Of a stretch of DNA of 64,000 nt, positions 13,624 to 27,516 are shown piece after piece (positions within the stretch are counted from its first letter, which is position 1; the number at the start of each line of letters is the position of its first letter). Source of the stretch: Trichoplax adhaerens (Eukaryota; Animalia; Placozoa). The translations under genes and the position numbers were made by a program. The stretch is taken from contig NW_002060943.1 in NCBI RefSeq assembly GCF_000150275.1, forward strand, positions 6,316,299-6,380,298. The letters are read 5' to 3'. Below the pieces are notes generated by a model. That model was given only the letters and a program-made list of their open reading frames with translations, searched no databases and was not told where the DNA came from.

Positions 13624-15040
13624 GATGCAATCTAAAGATACATATATTATTATAGTATTCGAGAAATATATTGTGTTGGTAATATTGCTGAAGGAATGAT
13701 GATGACATCATTATTCCCATATTTCAGTAAGATGTGTATCAACAATCCTATTTATGGTTATTAGAAAAGTGGTAAAAGAGATTGGAGTTACTACTTATCT
13801 GGTTTATCATTTGTTCTAGGAGAGTACAACGACTCTGACAAAAAATAACTTTGGATGTACTAGATTAAAGTATTAAACTAACAATTTTAACTTTTACAAT
13901 ATGAAGTTCTAGGTGATGGTGTAGTATATTTGGATGTGATTTACTGTTACTGTACTAACTCGTTCAAGCTCACGCTAGAGCTGTCAATAAGCTGTTTCCA
14001 TTTTAATTTTAGCATCATTTTTGAACAGATTTGGCGTTCATGATTCTGTACAGTAGGTCTGTTGACTTGACTACTATCATACCATCACAAGCAACAACAT
14101 TATGTGCTATAGCAAATTCGTTCTGTGATAGGCGTGTAAGTACTCGTACAGTAGTATACAAGTTTTATGATCAACAACAAATTGATGTCAATGGATGAAA
14201 TTGCTTGGTAAGTCATGTGGTAATGAAGAAAAATTAGTATCCAAGCGGCATCGGAAACGGTAGCAATTGTAATTGGATCGTATTTTCTATTTCGATTGCC
14301 ACCAAGTCACTATTTGCAATTTGATCACGCTGTAAGACATAAGATCAATGGCTTGGATGGTCAAGTCTTGGTGATGATCGTATTCGGTATTTTCTTGTGT
14401 GGCAAATCACTGTCTGCAACGTTATCATGCCGTCGTAGGATCAGCATGAATCCCTGAACGGTTTTTTAAGGTAGAATAGATTTTATTTAACTTGGGACAG
14501 AATCTGACGAGAGTATTACTGTAGGTTAGGGTTGGTTGCAGTTTGCGAGTATTCAAACTACTTTCTCTACTGTCAATCGTATTGGCTTGACTTCCAGTTG
14601 CTACAGGGTACTAAATTGGCTTACTACAAGATCGATTGCAGGAAAGAAATGGAATTTGTCTAATGCTGGTAAATAATCAAGTCGATAGCCATTCTTCGTT
14701 ACTGCCTAGACTTGGTCAAGTCCAAGTTTTCCTCTAGAAGGTCATATGCAATCAGCTAGTACTGACTTAGCTCTGTCTATATTATCCACTCTTACTACAG
14801 TGAATGAAGCAGTTTGATCCATTGAAGATGAAGGATAAATAAACCTCCTTCAGCCCATCTTGAAAATCATGACAACAGATTGATGTATCTCTTTGCCGTG
14901 GTCGTATACCTGTTATTCTAAGTTGATCCAAAGGGAATCTTGATTGGTAATTTCTTTGGTCAATTCTTTTCTTGTATTACTCTTTAAAGAGATGGCTGTA
15001 TCCGAGATCAATGGAAGTAAAAGAGCTAAGGAAAGTGCTG

Positions 15041-15141
15041 AGAATGGCGGCGCACCAATGGAGTAGAACACCGTTTGTGGTTGTGATACGTTGGCCCATT
15101 TGAAAGGAGAGTTCAATTCGCGCCGCTTAGGTGCGCATGCG
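15041..15141 (-). promoter_or_regulatory. Putative NCAPD3-facing promoter cluster (E2F, CHR, NRF1, CCAAT, YY1-like motifs)
   Basis: AATGGCGGC 15043-15051, CCAAT 15055-15059, TTTGAA 15099-15104, TTCGCGCC 15117-15124 overlapping TTCAAT by one base, TGCGCATGCG 15132-15141; minus-strand donor CAG|GTATAC at 14910/14909. Confidence 0.45.
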
Positions 15142-15190
15142 TGCTTTAGGTCACAGTCCCGATTACCCAGACATGGTCTCTGACCATGCC

Positions 15191-16240
15191 CAGTACAGTA
15201 CAGTACTGTACACTATAGTCCATTGCGTGTAGACGGTATTGTACTGTACTGTACATTGTACTGTACAGTACAAGCGAGTGGTCTCGGACGGATAGACTTT
15301 TCAAGATGGAAGAACTCAGGGCCGAAATGGTCCTGACTAGTATGAATTTTTCTGTGCCTGTTGTGCTTCGCAAAATGAACAGTATTAGTACAGTAGTGGA
15401 CGTCGAAATTTTAGGACATTCTACCGTCAAGTCCAGTATAGTACTTTACTGGACTTGAGTCCGGACAGTTCATGACTTGATGGCTAAGGTCAAATTGTGA
15501 ACCAAGTCACCACTTTATTATTGATTGTTTTATTACCGAATACAGCACTGTACAGTATACTCACTGAGTGCAGTAGACAGTACTCACAGTAGTGACCCTG
15601 TACAGTATGACAGCACTGCTCCATACAATCCTACAGTATAGTTGATTGTTTAATACTGTAGCTTTTAGTACAGTGCTGTAGCGTACAGTGTACAGTACAC
15701 GATGTCTCATGTACTGTACGTCTTTCCCGCTGATTGAAGTTACATCCAATTATTATTGCAAGTCCTTATTAGGCAAATTTGGTATCATTGGATTGGCAAT
15801 AAGACGCTTTATGCCAATGTGTACAGTAATTTCAATTGACATGAAATGGGTTCAAGTTACTAATATTACCCGTTAAAGTCCAAAATACTTGTACTGTACT
15901 GTACTGTATAAATTCTGGCGTTTTTCTACAGTACAGTACATTGTAAGAAGGGTTCTACAGTATAGTACAGTACTGTACAGTACACAGTAGTACTGTACAG
16001 TGTACAGTGTACAGTGTGTACTGTACTGTACTGTACAGTACATTGTCACTTCACATGTGAAATCGTGCTCCGATTCCATAGTACAGTACTGTACTGTACA
16101 GTGTACAGTGTACAGTATACTGCACTGGTACTTTATTGGTACTGTACCAGTACCGTACTGGTACTGTACTGGCACTGGACGGCGGCCTTTTCTTAGTCGA
16201 CGCGCATTGGCAAGTTTCTTTGGGACCTCCTGTACTGTAG
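15191..16240. repeat. Degenerate TACAG/CTGTA pentamer array in mixed orientations
   Basis: Runs such as cagtacagtacagtactgtac (15191), gtactgtactgtactgta (15891), tactgtacagtgtacagtgtacag (15991) and gtacagtactgtactgtacag (16081); the array yields several spurious Y/C/T/V-rich ORFs. Confidence 0.85.
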
Positions 16241-16449
16241 GTCAAACTCTACATAGTCTGTAGTCCACACCTTTTTACAGTGGTGGTAGGGGCCATTTGC
16301 TTGGTGAGATCGCATTCGTGTTCTTGTTAGTCAAAGACAGCTTTCAGTGAGGATTGGGCCAACTGTCTATGGATTAATGCATTCACTAAATTAGTGTAAA
16401 AGATTGCCAAGAGGAACCTACTTCAACAGTTAGACGCTTCTTCTCGCTT

Positions 16450-16712
16450 GGGCGTGGATGCATCGCGCCATTCTGATATCAACGTCAATCAGTGGCCAAG
16501 TTGTGCTATCACTGTGGTAGTAAAACTAGCAATTTGACAAGGAATTGAAAGACATTGGCATTGATTTCCCCGTCGATTGGACAGTGTAACTGCTCTAGCT
16601 TGTTGTCGACAACACAATCACCATTTAAAAAGACATTTTTTCTTGCATCTAGACATTATAAACCGTCAATCAATTAACTGCATCAATCTTGCAGCAAGGA
16701 AATACGGTAAGT
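16450..16712 (+). promoter_or_regulatory. Putative rightward promoter and non-coding first exon (possibly the ARF6 5' leader)
   Basis: GC-box GGGCGTGG 16450-16457, TCGCGCC 16463-16469, CGCCATTCT 16466-16474, strong donor ACG|GTAAGT at 16706/16707; acceptors before the ARF6 ATG at about 20088 and 20236. Confidence 0.35.
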
Positions 16713-18591
16713 CTTGACTCGCTTCACGACCCCATTCACCAGTGTAGGCCACTTGCAATCGCTTGCATTCAGTCACTGTCCCTTTTTCGTCTACTCTATC
16801 GTATATACTGTACACTATAGGATGCGCTTAGACCCATCGGTACACTTGCGACCGTAGTGGTGAAACTATTGTATCCAGCCAGACCAGACCTTACCTTGGG
16901 ATACCGCTTGAAGTGGGATAATGGCTCCAACATAGCCTAAAATCATCCTTATGATTAATTTATTAGCTATCTCTTTATTCGTTGCCTTTCTAATATCAGT
17001 TAGCCAAATCAGACAGTTGCTATTGGATGAGTCTAACTATTGCAGCATCGCCAACGCGCTCTTCAATACAATACATATTGCTTTGATGACTTTGACAACA
17101 GGTTCTGGAATAAGTGTCTTTCAATGACTATTGCCATTCAATGCCACCAAATGATGAACTTGAATGTCGAGTAACAGCTGCAACATGGCAAACTAAAAGC
17201 TCTCTTGCCAGTAGAAATATTGCAGGAATACTGCAATTCGACTCTACACAGTCTCTATTTTATGCCAAAGTCAATGCTTCCATTAGGCCCTAATCATATC
17301 GCAACTTGTATTTGTTGTACGTACAGTACATGTTGAAGTAATTATTTTACATTCCTTTCCAACTCGATATAAAGTAGGTCCACGGTCTACAAAGCAGACC
17401 ATCTCGCTACGGTAGTCCATGATAAAATCATCATGCATTTTTACAATAATTATTATTATCATCATCATAATACGCGTCTATTATCGTTTATGTCACACAT
17501 AGACACACTGATTTTCAAGGCGAGTTCATTTTCTTTTCCTCCAACGTCATAACGATGAATATGGTGCGGACACAGAGCCCTTACCGTCTTTACCACAGGT
17601 ACCAAAAAAACCTTCATGGTTGAAATGGCTCAACTCCTGCCTGTAGTTTAATAATAATATCACGCTAATCATGTCATCGTTCCAATCTCGCCATTGGTTA
17701 GGACTATATCCTAAATAATGCCTTAATATCCTGACGATCAAATTTAGTTTATTGATTAAAGTAGTAAAATCAGAAATGATTCATTTCTTCTGGAAAATTT
17801 TTCCTTCAATCCTATTGAAATCGGGAATAATACGCGTACAGTTCTGCCTTCCGTAACGTAATTAATTAATGGACGTAATTGACGTCAATGTCTTATATAC
17901 AGTATTAACATACGGGTAGGAAACATATTTTATCCTTGTCATTTTTAATCGTTCGCCTAAAATACTATTCTACGTGTCTTTAACAGCAATTTAAAAACAC
18001 TCGGATTGCATGTAGGTGCCTTGACTGAGTTTTGTTACAGGATTAAGAAGAGAGTATGAATTAGGATGTGGACTCAGTCAATTTTTCTTTCCAATTGAAA
18101 AAATGGACTAGAGTGAATGAATCGTACATTATACACTAATTAAATAACGCTAGCTTTGAAGACTGTTGAAAATGCCTCACAAATCAAGTTAAGCACGTTT
18201 TAAGAGTTGCAGCCTCCTTTCATATAATATCTATCCATACAGTGCGCCTACCATTTTACAGCGTAGTAGTATTATGAAAATGACACGTTGCTGTCTTGAT
18301 ACTAAATCTGTCGCTAGGAAAAACTAAATTCTTAGTCATAACAGCAGGCAGTTTTTTCAATTCTAATATGAACAATCTTGTTTTTTTTATCCATCCTACT
18401 GTCTTTCATGTTGTTCTACTCTCCATATCGGAAAAAAGTTCCATTGATGTCTCTTCCTTCAATGAATTTTCTCTATATATACACTTCTCTGATTGTAATA
18501 AGCCCTTCAGTAATACCATTTGATGAACCATTACCTAACCTTGTTTTAATGTTTGCAATTATTCGTATACTATATACAAACTTGCAAATGA

Positions 18592-18776
18592 AATACCGCT
18601 AAAAATATTGGTATACAAAAGTGTTCTGACTTCAATAAGCCGTTACGAAATGCCATTTCATTAATTAGCCATTAACCTTGTGCCTAGTTTTTCGTCATCA
18701 TACACGTATTACTAATATAATTTTTCAAAGTTATAAATACAATACCGCTGAAAATATTGGTATACCAAAAGTATTC
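18592..18776. repeat. Degenerate ~35-bp direct repeat, 2 copies
   Basis: aataccgctaaaaatattggtatacaaaagtgttc (18592) vs aataccgctgaaaatattggtataccaaaagtattc (18741). Confidence 0.7.
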
Positions 18777-20288
18777 ACAAGACTCAGTACAGTTTACTTA
18801 GTTGCTTCAAAATATTGAAAGTTATTGCCCGACGTTGTAGCGATAACTTACCTTCTAGTATACAATACAGTCAATATTGCACTTGTAGAACTAACAAAAG
18901 TAAAATATATATCTATATATACTGTAGTATTATATGATATCACTTCGAACTATTAGTTGGTAAAATGAAAATATGATACTGTATCGAGCGTGATAATAGT
19001 CATTCAAGATATACAGTACAATAACAAAGTTGAAAACGTTAAAATGAAAGTACGTATTGTGTAGTGCTTAGTTAGTACATGCACGCCACGCCGGTGGCCA
19101 CTTTTTTGCTAATTCCAAAGTGAAACTTTATAGTTAACTTCATTATTTGACAGTAGAAGTACTTACATTAACAGAAGAAATAGTAAATATTTTGCCGTTC
19201 AATGGACAGTATTTTAAAATTTTATTTTCTAGCTGACGAAATTTGTTAAATATTCGTCTATAAAATATGAAACCAACCTTCCTTATATGAATATTCGTAT
19301 TCATCGTTGGAATAACAGACACAGTCCACTATTACGATTGCTAACAAGTCAAGTACTGCAATTTTGTCCGTGTGTTATCTTAGAATAACTATGCTAACAA
19401 GTCCGTATGCACGTACTTACGCAACAGTTTCTTTCGATACCTTTCAAGAATACCATCATTAATAAGGATAAATGAAAGTGTCGAATATATGGTAGTACTG
19501 AACACAACTGATGCTTGGTTTCTACACTTGCCTACGGGGTTACTCCTAATCACTAATAAATCAAATCATTAAAATTTTAATCCATCGAACATGTGATATC
19601 ATGCCGAATTATAATTAAATGCGCTTTTAGAACACAGTACAATAAAAATTCAACTTTACAAATGCCTGTTACTGTATACTAATTAGGATACAAGCGTACA
19701 TTCAATTGAACAACCTTTACCTTGCCCCGAAAGCAAATTACTTGGATTAAGCAATTTATTCGTTCTAATGTGGAATTGAAAATCTTCTCTCTTTTTCCTT
19801 AGCACCCCTTGACAAACACTAACAATAAAGTCATATCATGATAATATGTACATATATACTGTACTGTATGTATAGGTAATTTAACGGTAGCACGTATAGG
19901 ATGCTTTACAGAATATTATCATTTTAAGTTCACTCCTTGTTTTAATACCGACTCGCAAAAATACTGTACAATAAAGTATCGATATAATTCAATATCATGG
20001 GTGCTAGAAATTGATTATTAACCTCGCTCGTTATGATGCATTATACTACCTTGATGTTTTTCAAAGTTTATCTTATTGATTCTCTGCAGCTGATTAAAAA
20101 TTTATTCAACACTTTGAATCTCTGATAGCCATCCAAAATATTCACACATTTAAAGTTATAGACATCATATGTCATCAACTTTACCTTGCTTTAAGTAATT
20201 TCAAATAAATAAGAATGTCCTTTTGCCTTCTTTTAGCTACTACTTTTTCATATAATTCCCCGAAAATTTCATATCTTCAAGCCAAAAC

Positions 20289-21300
<1,012 letters not shown>

Positions 21301-24300
21301 TTATGATCCTTTGATTATATAAGAATGGTCTTGCTGAACACATTGATAATAAATATATAATGATAAATTCGCCGTCGCTTCGTGAACTAGTGGAATGTGC
21401 TAGTAGCTGATGTCATGACTTTAGTATGGAAGTGGTTATTTTTCTTGTAAAATTTTAATATAATATTGCGCGCCTCTATTTTACCAGGCTACAGATGCTA
21501 TATCTTAGTTGGTATCTTATCCAAACATGCTCTTTCTTGTTGCGATAGTGTTGACAAAAACTAAATCTAGAGAATTGAACTAGTTTGTTTGGTGATTGTT
21601 ATAAATGAAACATATATCTTAGATATAACATGATATGCTGCATTGTGTCCTATAATTCTTTTCTTGTATTTAGATCTTCCTTGCAAGATTGAAATTTCAC
21701 AATGAAATCTTAATAATTTTATAATAATAATACAAGATTTCTACTGTTTCAGTAGATCTCTTTCCAATCAAATAGTTTATTTGTACTTGTCAGTTAATAT
21801 GTAATGGCTCCGCTAAAATATAACTACTGTTTATACTGTATCTAGCATTTATTCATTGTATGCTTCAGCACATCAAGTGTTTGCAATTTAGACCATATGG
21901 GTGTATTTGACTGATAAGTGATAGGAAGTTCTGTAATTGTGAAGATGGTACCAAAGCGATTAACTTAATCGAATTCACGTTGATAATAATTGTAAAACGA
22001 AGGATACAAAATTTATTCATGTTCATATATTTTATCAGATTTATAATTTCACGTTATGGATGTTGCCAATTGAAAAGTAGCATATATCAAATGCCTTGTG
22101 TAAACGGACAGTCAGTCTTTGATTAATAAAATTTTAAACTAGTATATCAAATGCATATTGGATATATCATAACGTGGTTACAGGTCTGTTTTTAATATGG
22201 CTACCGAAGATACGTAAATAAGGCGTGCTATAGAAATATTACATTTTAAGATGTGTTCTAAAAGAGTTCTTCATAAATTTACAATTACTTGGATGGCTTT
22301 TTCAACTTTTGAAATGATTGAAAGAGTTATTAGTGTGAGCGGATTATCACAAAATTTTTAAGAAGTTGCAGTAAGAGGATATGCCTTTCTAAAACTGGTC
22401 TGAAACTCAAACTCTTCAGGCGACGAAATTATGATACGGTATATCGTAGCGTAGGATAGAACATAAAGTAATGCTTATTTCATGTAATAAAAATTATTTA
22501 AAATGTCAAGCATAGCGAAAATTGCTGTATTTAGCTTTATTAAAGTCTAATTTGCACACAGTGGTATTAATCACTGTAAGACTGTATGACATGTAAGTAC
22601 CAGCAGATCCTGGGTCACTCATTAGGTTTTTACATCTGGAAGCTATGTTTGGGCTTTTACTGACTACAACACTAATATAATTTCAACTGAGAATATATTA
22701 CATCATACAATGATGTCTAAAACATATGAGAGCTAAACGATTTTGATACTCTGTCGATAAGAGCAGTAATTTTTTATATATTAGGTTACAAGTTTTACCG
22801 CCACCTTACTTAATATGTACCATATCACAAGTGCAATCAGGACCTGATAGCTAATCTTAGGCTTTCAAAGCTGGAAAACAGTTTAATAAAATACAATACC
22901 TACACAAATAGTATGATTGAAGGCTCTTGTTGCATTTATGTTTTACGAGATGGTTGAAAGCTGCCAAGTTATGCACCTGAACATCATATGTAGCTAAATA
23001 ACTCGGCGAGCTAATTTTGTAGAGCGTAAAATAATCATTTAGAAATTATTAAAATTACCTAGTCGTTAACTGGAAATAAGTAAATTACAATGATTGCTGA
23101 TAGCAAAAAGTCATAAAATACATGCTACTTCCATACTTTTAGCAAGAACGAATAATATATATAGATTGAATAGGATTGTTTCTCTGATATTAAAATGATT
23201 ATATGTGTGTCGGTAACGCATTTTCGGCAATCGCTGCGGCAGTATTACTGCTGTGCTCTTTAAATTGACCATTTGACACTATGCGTACTGTATTAGTGGT
23301 AGCAATAGTTGCGACGGTAGTAGCTGTATATTAAACATTTGGCGCAGCGCGGTATAGTAGTCGACAAATTGAAGAAACCCTTCGGCGCAATACGGTATGA
23401 GGCTTAAAAACTTAAAATCTTTGTAATTACAGCATCATCATTATAGAAGTGAGGAGAACTGTCTTTTATAATGATAGAAAGTCAAGAGATTCAAGCGAGC
23501 AAGAAAGCTATACAGCGCAACAAGAAAGGCGGCTGTACTGTAGTTGTTGTGTCGACGTTTCAGCGTAGTGTAGTATGGTACGAATATAAACTCCATTCCA
23601 AGCAATATGTCGGACCAAAATCGATATTGTAATAGCGTCAGCATTAAGGAAAGAGGAAAAAGCTTTTCCTCTTCCCTCTATGTAGTGTTAGTGTCAGTAT
23701 CGTTGTAGTACATGCTAATTTAACGACTTCTTGATCAATAAAAAATTTACTTTCAAAAGTATCATGGAGCTACAATGTCCTATTATAGTACTGTATTATG
23801 TCCTAGCTACCAAGAAACTCTGAGCTGTATCAATTAATTACAACAACGATAATTAAATATCATCTTACTATCTAGCTACTGTATTAACAAGACGCTAAAT
23901 ACTACGTTGTATCACTTTATCATTTTATGAAGTAATAATAAAACTAAACTCATCCATATCTAAATATAATTGAAAGACTGAAACTGACGCAGACGGACCG
24001 GCATATAGGTACAAAACTGTAACAAATGACTTGCTCTGGACACTATTTATACGCCTATGCGTCAAGGCTCACAGAGTAGACTGCAGTGCACTGTCGACTA
24101 TCGCAAAGCTTACCCGTGGCGTACAGTGATGTAATTTGATTCAATGTTACTTATGTAAACAGAAGTGTCAGTAAGCAGGTAGAGTACAGTGCTGTATATA
24201 AAATTGTTAATTTTATAGCATAAGCTTCTTCAACATGAACCGTAGAGGCACTGCCACCACTCAAGGAACAAGTACAAGAAAGGTCCATAAAAGATACGTC

Positions 24301-25269
24301 TTGAGAGTTCTATAATTAACTGTCATCTCAAAACGCTGTGACTTATACAGCGGGTTCATTTCGTCGTCTATTAGAAGAGAATTAGAGAGTTATTCTGCTG
24401 TTACACGATTGATTATCGGCTGTTTTTATGGAGAGAGGGGAAACAATTTAATAACTCACTTAATGCATTTTGTTGAAGTAATGAGAGCAAGAGCATTGCA
24501 TGTTTTGTTCATATCATATGTTAAATTAATCATTATTAGATTGGCAAATGAAACCAACGTTGGAAAGCATAGTATGAATGATGACATATGTTAAGTAAAC
24601 TTTCATTTTTTTATCATATTATAGAGAGGATTAAAATAATAGGACCAGATGACAAAGGACAAGATAACATGCAGATAATACCCGATGTAAATAAGAATCA
24701 AAATTGGCTATTATACCCGGGAATAATAACCCTACCGGTGGGACATCAACTATTACTTTATTTGTAAAAATATGCGTAAAATTAGGTTTGACAATGTATG
24801 GCTTCTTGAAATTAAATTTATTGATTATTTCAACCACCAACATAATTTCCAACTTACCTCAATTAAATCTGATCTTTTATTGCTAGATTTTTGAGAATTT
24901 GGCATCTCGATTGCTTGGTATATTTAAAGAACGGACTAGGGTTAGGGTTAGTTTTTGCAATGCATTTCTAATACATACGGCGAAATTTTACTTACGTCAT
25001 AAGATATTTGTTATCTACTTTGAAGTCTTCTTGAAAGTAGGAACTAACAATCAAGAAATATCACATATGGTCACTATTTTGAATCGCTAATTAAACAGCG
25101 AAGAGTCTGGTAATTAGATACTTTTAGTTAGAGCTTGAAATTCTTTATTTAATCAGCTCCATCAAACAACTATCAAAATGATTTAGTGATGTGGTTAACT
25201 AATTTGGGATTTTGAATTTTTTTATTTGTGATAATCTTAATATTAACTTATCCTACGTTAATCGCTGTA

Positions 25270-25283
25270 GTTTCCATAGTAAT
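25270..25283 (-). promoter_or_regulatory. Weaker RFX X-box-like site upstream of NWD paralog A
   Basis: GTTTCCATAGTAAT on + (ATTACTATGGAAAC on -) fits only the loose X-box consensus. Confidence 0.3.
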
Positions 25284-27502
25284 AATTTATTAATTTCTAC
25301 AAAGTTAGAGTAGGATCGACTCGATATAACTATAACAAACAGTAAATTACTAAAAATTGACCAGTATTGCATGAAAATGAATACAAACATTGATACTGAT
25401 CTTCTTGGTTATCAGTTCTTAATTATTGACAACAATATTATGTACGAGTATGTCACTTAAAATAGTTCCACCAATACGGAAACCGATACAGTGCAGAGTA
25501 GGCAAGTATTCCTTTGATTTATTAGCTAATTATTTTTTTGAAATCGATGTTTTATTTTCTGACAGTACTACACACTTCATTATTATTATCGTAGTTAAAT
25601 GAAAATCATTCACAATTTATTTTTATCAATAGTATATTTTTAATATAAAATATCTTGGGAATAAATTGTTGTTTTTATTATACGTAGCTGAAAATAAAAT
25701 AGGTATGGTATTTCGAACAATATACGCGTATAATTCACAAATGCATTATTAAATGATTTAATTCAATTTGACAAACAAAATACATTATCGGTGATAATAA
25801 TACCTACAAATTTCATATACACAAAGTTTATAATTTCTAATAACCCTTAAAATATTGTTTACTTTAGTTATTAACGCGTATCCAACGATATACGTTTTTG
25901 GCGCACTAAAGTAATCGTGTTGTGTTTCTAATATAGAGAGGATGAGAATATCGAAAGCCTATGCCAATAAACGGTAAGAAATTATTTTTACTATCCTTAA
26001 AAACTAGATTCTCGTTTAGGTATCGACTTATGCTAATTCAAATAAGAATTGTATCTCCTCATATTAAGAGTAAGTATGCACTTGCATCTACAGGTTTGCT
26101 CCATTTTTTGCCAAATCTAGTAGTTTAGTTACTATATAAGCGCATGTAAGGTCTTTGTAGCCTTCTATTTAGAATAAATTGTAGACAGCTACAACAGAAG
26201 GCTATCATAACCTTATAGAATTTATCCATTAATGAAGTATTAAGCACAAAATATTAATCCTTACCTGGTGCACTTATATAAAGTTCCCAGACGTTAACTT
26301 TCAACATATTAATACATGAGTTGTGATATAGTATTTATGATATAAATTACTTACTACGCGGAAATTGAATAGCCATCTATAAGAATAACCTCGTTTTCTT
26401 TTCGGGAGTTACAAAATTCTTAGCATTGCCTACAGCATGAATAGCTGCTACTAAGAGATAGATGCAGCTAGATTATGAATAATATTGGACAGTGGATCGC
26501 AGATATTATGTATATGACATTAGTAATATATATTTAGAGAAAACTGCAGGAAGAAGCTACATTTATTTTCACAAAGTAATAGTACTTCTGATATTGTTAT
26601 CATAGGCGAGAATTACTGAAATGTTGGTAATGTTGGTTGACACTGCATCTAGTAATTTATTGCAAGAAGAAGTTCTGTTCTCCTTTTAATAGTATAACAG
26701 CATGCTCGAGATTGCTTTAAAAAATTAACTGTTATTTCTATAATATCCTTGCTGTTAATCAGCACCAGCTATCTAGCAGCTAAGTGTAAAGAATTACCTC
26801 TATTTCTAAGAGAATATCCGATATGTTGTTAACAAGTATGAATATCTGACAACTGCAATACTTGCACATTGGCCAATTGCCGAAATTGGAGCAAACTATT
26901 ACGGCATTAAATTCTATTTCTGATTAGAGCCTCGGCTATGACCATAGTCTTCATGTTATTACATGATATTAACAAATTTGCTTGAATAACATTAGCACGT
27001 ATGTATAGCGGATATCAAGATGAGTATTACACTGTAGAAGTAGATATATATCTTCATAGAGTATAAGATGTGATATTAGTTTCGATGTTGCTATACGGCG
27101 CTACAATCATGACTCAAATATTACTGCTATTAATACGCACTTATATACAACCGATAATTACAATAAGTAGCTTATTACAGGAATAAGATAGATATCCTGA
27201 GTGCATCAAATATGATTCTAGTCTCCATGTTATTTCACAGCATACACAGATGTTACGATCCTATAGGAGAAATTAATGTCAAGTGTCAACGAGCTGCATA
27301 TACGTGCACACAAATTTAACTTTTTTTGAATATCTCCATAGTTAGTAAAGCTTCGTTGCTAATCTATCCGTATATTTTTACTTAATATGGATGCATGGCA
27401 ACATCGTAAAATTATGGAAGTTAAGAATTTCTTTTATGTATAATTTATTCCAGTTTAGATAGTAACCATATGTTAAAAAATACTTCAATGTGGTCGATCT
27501 TG

Positions 27503-27516
27503 GTTTCCATAGCAAC
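27503..27516. promoter_or_regulatory. RFX X-box upstream of NWD paralog A
   Basis: GTTTCCATAGCAAC matches GTTNCYATRGNAAC; about 1.6 kb upstream of ATG 29110; candidate 5'UTR donors at 27833 and 28709. Confidence 0.6.

Noticed and set aside
14245-14266. TCGGAAACGGTAGCA resembling SRP RNA helix 8
   Set aside because: The flanking helix and the rest of SRP RNA are absent
14523-14536. CAACCCTAAC on the minus strand, like a telomerase RNA template
   Set aside because: Similar GTTAGGG words occur near 24940 and 53000; no pseudoknot or H/ACA domain recognised
15146-16263. Overlapping Y/C/T/V/Q-rich ORFs on both strands
   Set aside because: Artefacts of the stop-poor pentamer array; no domain signal
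17141-17293. 50-codon ORF MPPNDELECRV..
   Set aside because: No recognisable homology, in-frame stop just upstream, no supporting exon chain
23215-23231. aacgcattttcggcaat recurring with one indel at 53315-53330
   Set aside because: Short, no extension into flanks, and non-equivalent positions relative to the paralogs
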